DNA of 64,000 nt from Gemmatimonadota bacterium (GTDB lineage: Bacteria > Gemmatimonadota > Gemmatimonadetes > Gemmatimonadales > GWC2-71-9): assembly GCA_003222205.1 (NCBI GenBank), contig QHVC01000044.1, positions 2,510 through 66,509 of the forward strand, given 5' to 3'. The stretch's first letter is position 1. Each line of letters starts with the position of its first letter. The notes beneath the pieces are model-generated. The model saw only the letters and a list, made by a program, of their open reading frames with translations. It made no database searches and was not told the DNA's origin. Positions 61,954-64,000 of the stretch are shown one piece after another. Position numbers and translations under genes: made by a program.

Positions 61954-62609
61954 CTCTTTAGTATCGCTCCCATGCCGACGAGCACGATGCCCGCGAAGGC
62001 GAACCATTGGATCGCGTACGAGAGGTGCGGGCCGTCGCTGAGCTCAGGGGCGGGCCAAGAGACCAAGTCGGACGGCCGGACCGTCGGACTGCCTGACGGT
62101 AGAGCTTGAATCACAAACGCAGCGACGCGATATGGGAGCGAGTCCCGGAGTCGTGTAGGGTCGATGTCGCCCCTGCCCCGCGGCGCCCGGAAGGCGAGAC
62201 CGGTGACGACGCCCGAGTCGCCCTCGCGGAGCGCCGTGAGGTCCACGTGCAGCGCGTCGGCGGACGGCGCCCAGCCGCGGTCCACGAACACGGCGGCGTC
62301 CCGCGAGACCTTGAGCGGCGTGAGCAGGGCGACCCCGGGGACGCCTTCGTAGGTGCGCGCGCCCCACACCCGCTCGTGCGCGTAGTCCCAGGCGCCGGTG
62401 GCAGTGACGCGGCGGTCCCGCACGGAATCGACCGGCAGCGCCGCGGCAGTGACGGCGACCGCCGGGAGCGCTCGGCGCGCGCGCACGTCCGCGTTGCGCG
62501 CCCGGCGCTGGTGCAGGCGGTTCAGCTGCCACACGCCGGCACTCACGAACAGCGCCGCGACGACGAGCGCGATGGCGGCCCCGAGCCAGTCTTTGGAGGT
62601 GAGCTTCAC
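61920..62609 (-). CDS. surf1: SURF1-family cytochrome oxidase assembly protein
   Basis: N-terminal TM + GVWQLNRLHQRR, and C-terminal HLSYAIQWFAFAG + TM. GTG start. Contains an in-frame GTCCGACN array. The last 10 codons are encoded by the 13-mer array. Confidence 0.8.
   Translation of the reverse strand: MKLTSKDWLGAAIALVVAALFVSAGVWQLNRLHQRRARNADVRARRALPAVAVTAAALPVDSVRDRRVTATGAWDYAHERVWGARTYEGVPGVALLTPLKVSRDAAVFVDRGWAPSADALHVDLTALREGDSGVVTGLAFRAPRGRGDIDPTRLRDSLPYRVAAFVIQALPSGSPTVRPSDLVSWPAPELSDGPHLSYAIQWFAFAGIVLVGMGAILKRNVEERRGGTT
62066..62089 (-). repeat. In-frame octamer array GTCCGACN x3 in SURF1
   Basis: Minus strand: gtccgacg gtccggcc gtccgact (24 nt = 8 codons), encoding ...SPTVRPSD... 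Confidence 0.9.
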
Positions 62610-62848
62610 CGCCCCAGCATCTTGAGCTTGGCGGCGCGGGGAAGGCGCTTGATCGCCGCCTCCCGCTTCAACGCCGCTGAGCGGGTGCGGCTTCGCTCCT
62701 GATAGACAAGACGCACTGGCAGTCGGGCGCGCGTGTACCGGCTCGCGGTGCCCGCCCGGTGCGCGGCGAAGCGGCGGCGCAGATTGTTGGTGATCCCGGT
62801 GTAGAGCGACCCGTCAGCGCACCGCAGCACGTACACAAACCAGCTCAC
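62606..62848 (-). CDS. GIY-YIG nuclease-superfamily protein (UPF0213/YhbQ-like)
   Basis: WFVYVLRCADGSLYTGITNNLRRRFAAHRAG...REAAIKRL. GTG 62848 forms a GTGA overlap with the OsmC stop. Confidence 0.8.
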   Translation of the reverse strand: MSWFVYVLRCADGSLYTGITNNLRRRFAAHRAGTASRYTRARLPVRLVYQERSRTRSAALKREAAIKRLPRAAKLKMLGR

Positions 62849-63273
62849 TCCAGCTTCGCGTCCAGTGTGAAGTCGACGTTGCCCTTCAGGGCCTTCGACA
62901 CCGGGCAATTGTTCTTCGCCTCCTCAGCGGCCTTCTGGAACCCCGATTGATCGAGACCCGGCACCTTGCCGCGCGTGGTGAGGGCGATGCGGGTGATCTT
63001 CGGCGCGCCGTCCACCGTGTCCAACGTGCACGCGGCGGTCGTCTCGACGCGCGTTACCGGTTTCCCCGCCTTTTCCAGCCCCGCCGATAGCGCCATCGAG
63101 AAGCACGCGGCGTGCGCGGCGGCGATCAGCTCCTCGGGATTGGTCCCCGCTTTGCCCTCGAACCGCGTGGCGAACGAGTAGGCGCCGCCGAACGCCGCGC
63201 TGCCAGCCTTGAACGTGCCCTTGCCATCCCTGAGTCTCCCCTCCCACACGGCCATCGCTTTGCTCGTCGGCAT
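62845..63273 (-). CDS. osmC: OsmC-family peroxiredoxin
   Basis: 142 aa from ATG 63273: MPTSKAMAVWEGRLRDGKGTF...AAHAACFSMAL...NCPVSKAL, the two conserved Cys contexts. Confidence 0.9.
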   Translation of the reverse strand: MPTSKAMAVWEGRLRDGKGTFKAGSAAFGGAYSFATRFEGKAGTNPEELIAAAHAACFSMALSAGLEKAGKPVTRVETTAACTLDTVDGAPKITRIALTTRGKVPGLDQSGFQKAAEEAKNNCPVSKALKGNVDFTLDAKLE

Positions 63274-63346
63274 GGTAGTGTCGTCTCCGCGTTGGGGTGC
63301 GCCGGAAATCTGGCGGAGGCGCGCGCCCGGCGCTACGCTACGCCCG

Positions 63347-64000
63347 GTGGACGCCATCCTCCGTGCGCTCGCCGAGACGTTCGTCCCCGGGAGCGACCGC
63401 GTGGGACTGGCCGCCCGGCTCGCGGACACGATCGGCCGGCTGCCGCGCGCCGCCGACCGGGCCGAGCTGCGCACGCTGCTGGGCGTATTCGAAAACCGCC
63501 TCGCGAACTTGGCGCTCGCCGGGATTGCGAAGCCGTTCACCGCCATGACGCCGGCGCAGCGCGAGCGCTACCTCCTGGGCTGGGCCACGAGCCGGCTCGC
63601 GCTGCGCCGCAAGGGCTTTCAGGCGCTGAAGCGACTTGCCGGCGTCGTCGCGTACACGGCGGTCGACGCCGCCGGCACGAACCCGCTATGGCCGCCGCTC
63701 GGCTACCCGGGACCGCCGGGCCCGGCCCCACAGCGGCCCAAGCGCATCCGGCCGCTCGCGGTGGACCGCGACACAACGCTCGACTGCGACGTCGTCGTGG
63801 TCGGCTCCGGCGCGGGGGGCGGCGTCGTCGCCGCGGTGCTCGCCGCCGCGGGCAAGGACGTGATGGTCCTCGAGAAGGGCGGCTACTACAACGAGGCCGA
63901 CTTCACCCAGCTCGAGGGCGACGCGCTGGCGCGGATGTACGACGCGGGCGGCCTCCTCGCGACCGACGACCTCGCGATGCTCATCCTCCAGGGCAACTGC
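63347..64000 (+). CDS. GMC-family FAD oxidoreductase with N-terminal extension; 3' end cut by window edge
   Basis: Not in ORF track (open to the window end). Own translation: VDAILRALAETFVPGSDRVGLAARLADTIGRL...DCDVVVVGSGAGGGVVAAVLAAAGKDVMVLEKGGYYNEADF (GxGxxG FAD fold). The GTG 63347 start is tentative. Confidence 0.7.
   Translation, partial: MDAILRALAETFVPGSDRVGLAARLADTIGRLPRAADRAELRTLLGVFENRLANLALAGIAKPFTAMTPAQRERYLLGWATSRLALRRKGFQALKRLAGVVAYTAVDAAGTNPLWPPLGYPGPPGPAPQRPKRIRPLAVDRDTTLDCDVVVVGSGAGGGVVAAVLAAAGKDVMVLEKGGYYNEADFTQLEGDALARMYDAGGLLATDDLAMLILQGNC

Overview
High-G+C bacterial chromosomal window. The gene content looks like a Gemmatimonadota- or Acidobacteriota-type soil bacterium; that lineage call is inference only, with no database access. 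I support about 53 protein-coding genes. Most lie on the minus strand in long operons with ATGA/GTGA start-stop overlaps. Main blocks, in order: (1) alternative complex III actA-actB-actC (1-4185). (2) An 8-gene uncharacterised operon (5022-14726): aminotransferase, two amidohydrolases, a DapA-like aldolase, a DHOD-like protein, an enolase-superfamily enzyme and a BNR propeller. (3) A glycan-type locus (14755-25129): heparinase II/III-like protein, GHMP kinase, family-5 binding protein, two permeases, esterase, GH38. (4) A beta-propeller/phosphoesterase fusion, pgi and a hybrid histidine kinase. (5) A five-gene chaperone-usher-like pilus operon with DUF4402/SCPU-like subunits (30596-35677) and a low-GC control region. 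(6) Two paralogous small [DE]RR-repeat proteins flanking a lipoprotein and a YdjM-like hydrolase. (7) A tandem pseudokinase-kinase. (8) A 10-gene gapless operon (40381-52964). (9) Acyl-CoA dehydrogenase, gltA, a DEAD-box helicase, a TolB-like/amidohydrolase giant, SURF1, GIY-YIG, OsmC and a partial GMC oxidoreductase. I saw no rRNA, tRNA, CRISPR, transposase or integrase. Best candidate for an undescribed system: the DUF4402-type chaperone-usher locus. Other unusual signals: the [DE]RR-repeat proteins, and three families of short tandem-repeat arrays (8-mer GTCCGACN, 7-mer GATGSGG, 13-mer with core CGTGGAGGGA). These arrays sit exactly at gene junctions or in frame inside CDSs. One inverted pair forms G-quadruplex motifs on both strands. 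Start codons are often uncertain because the ORF track uses alternative starts and high GC extends ORFs upstream.
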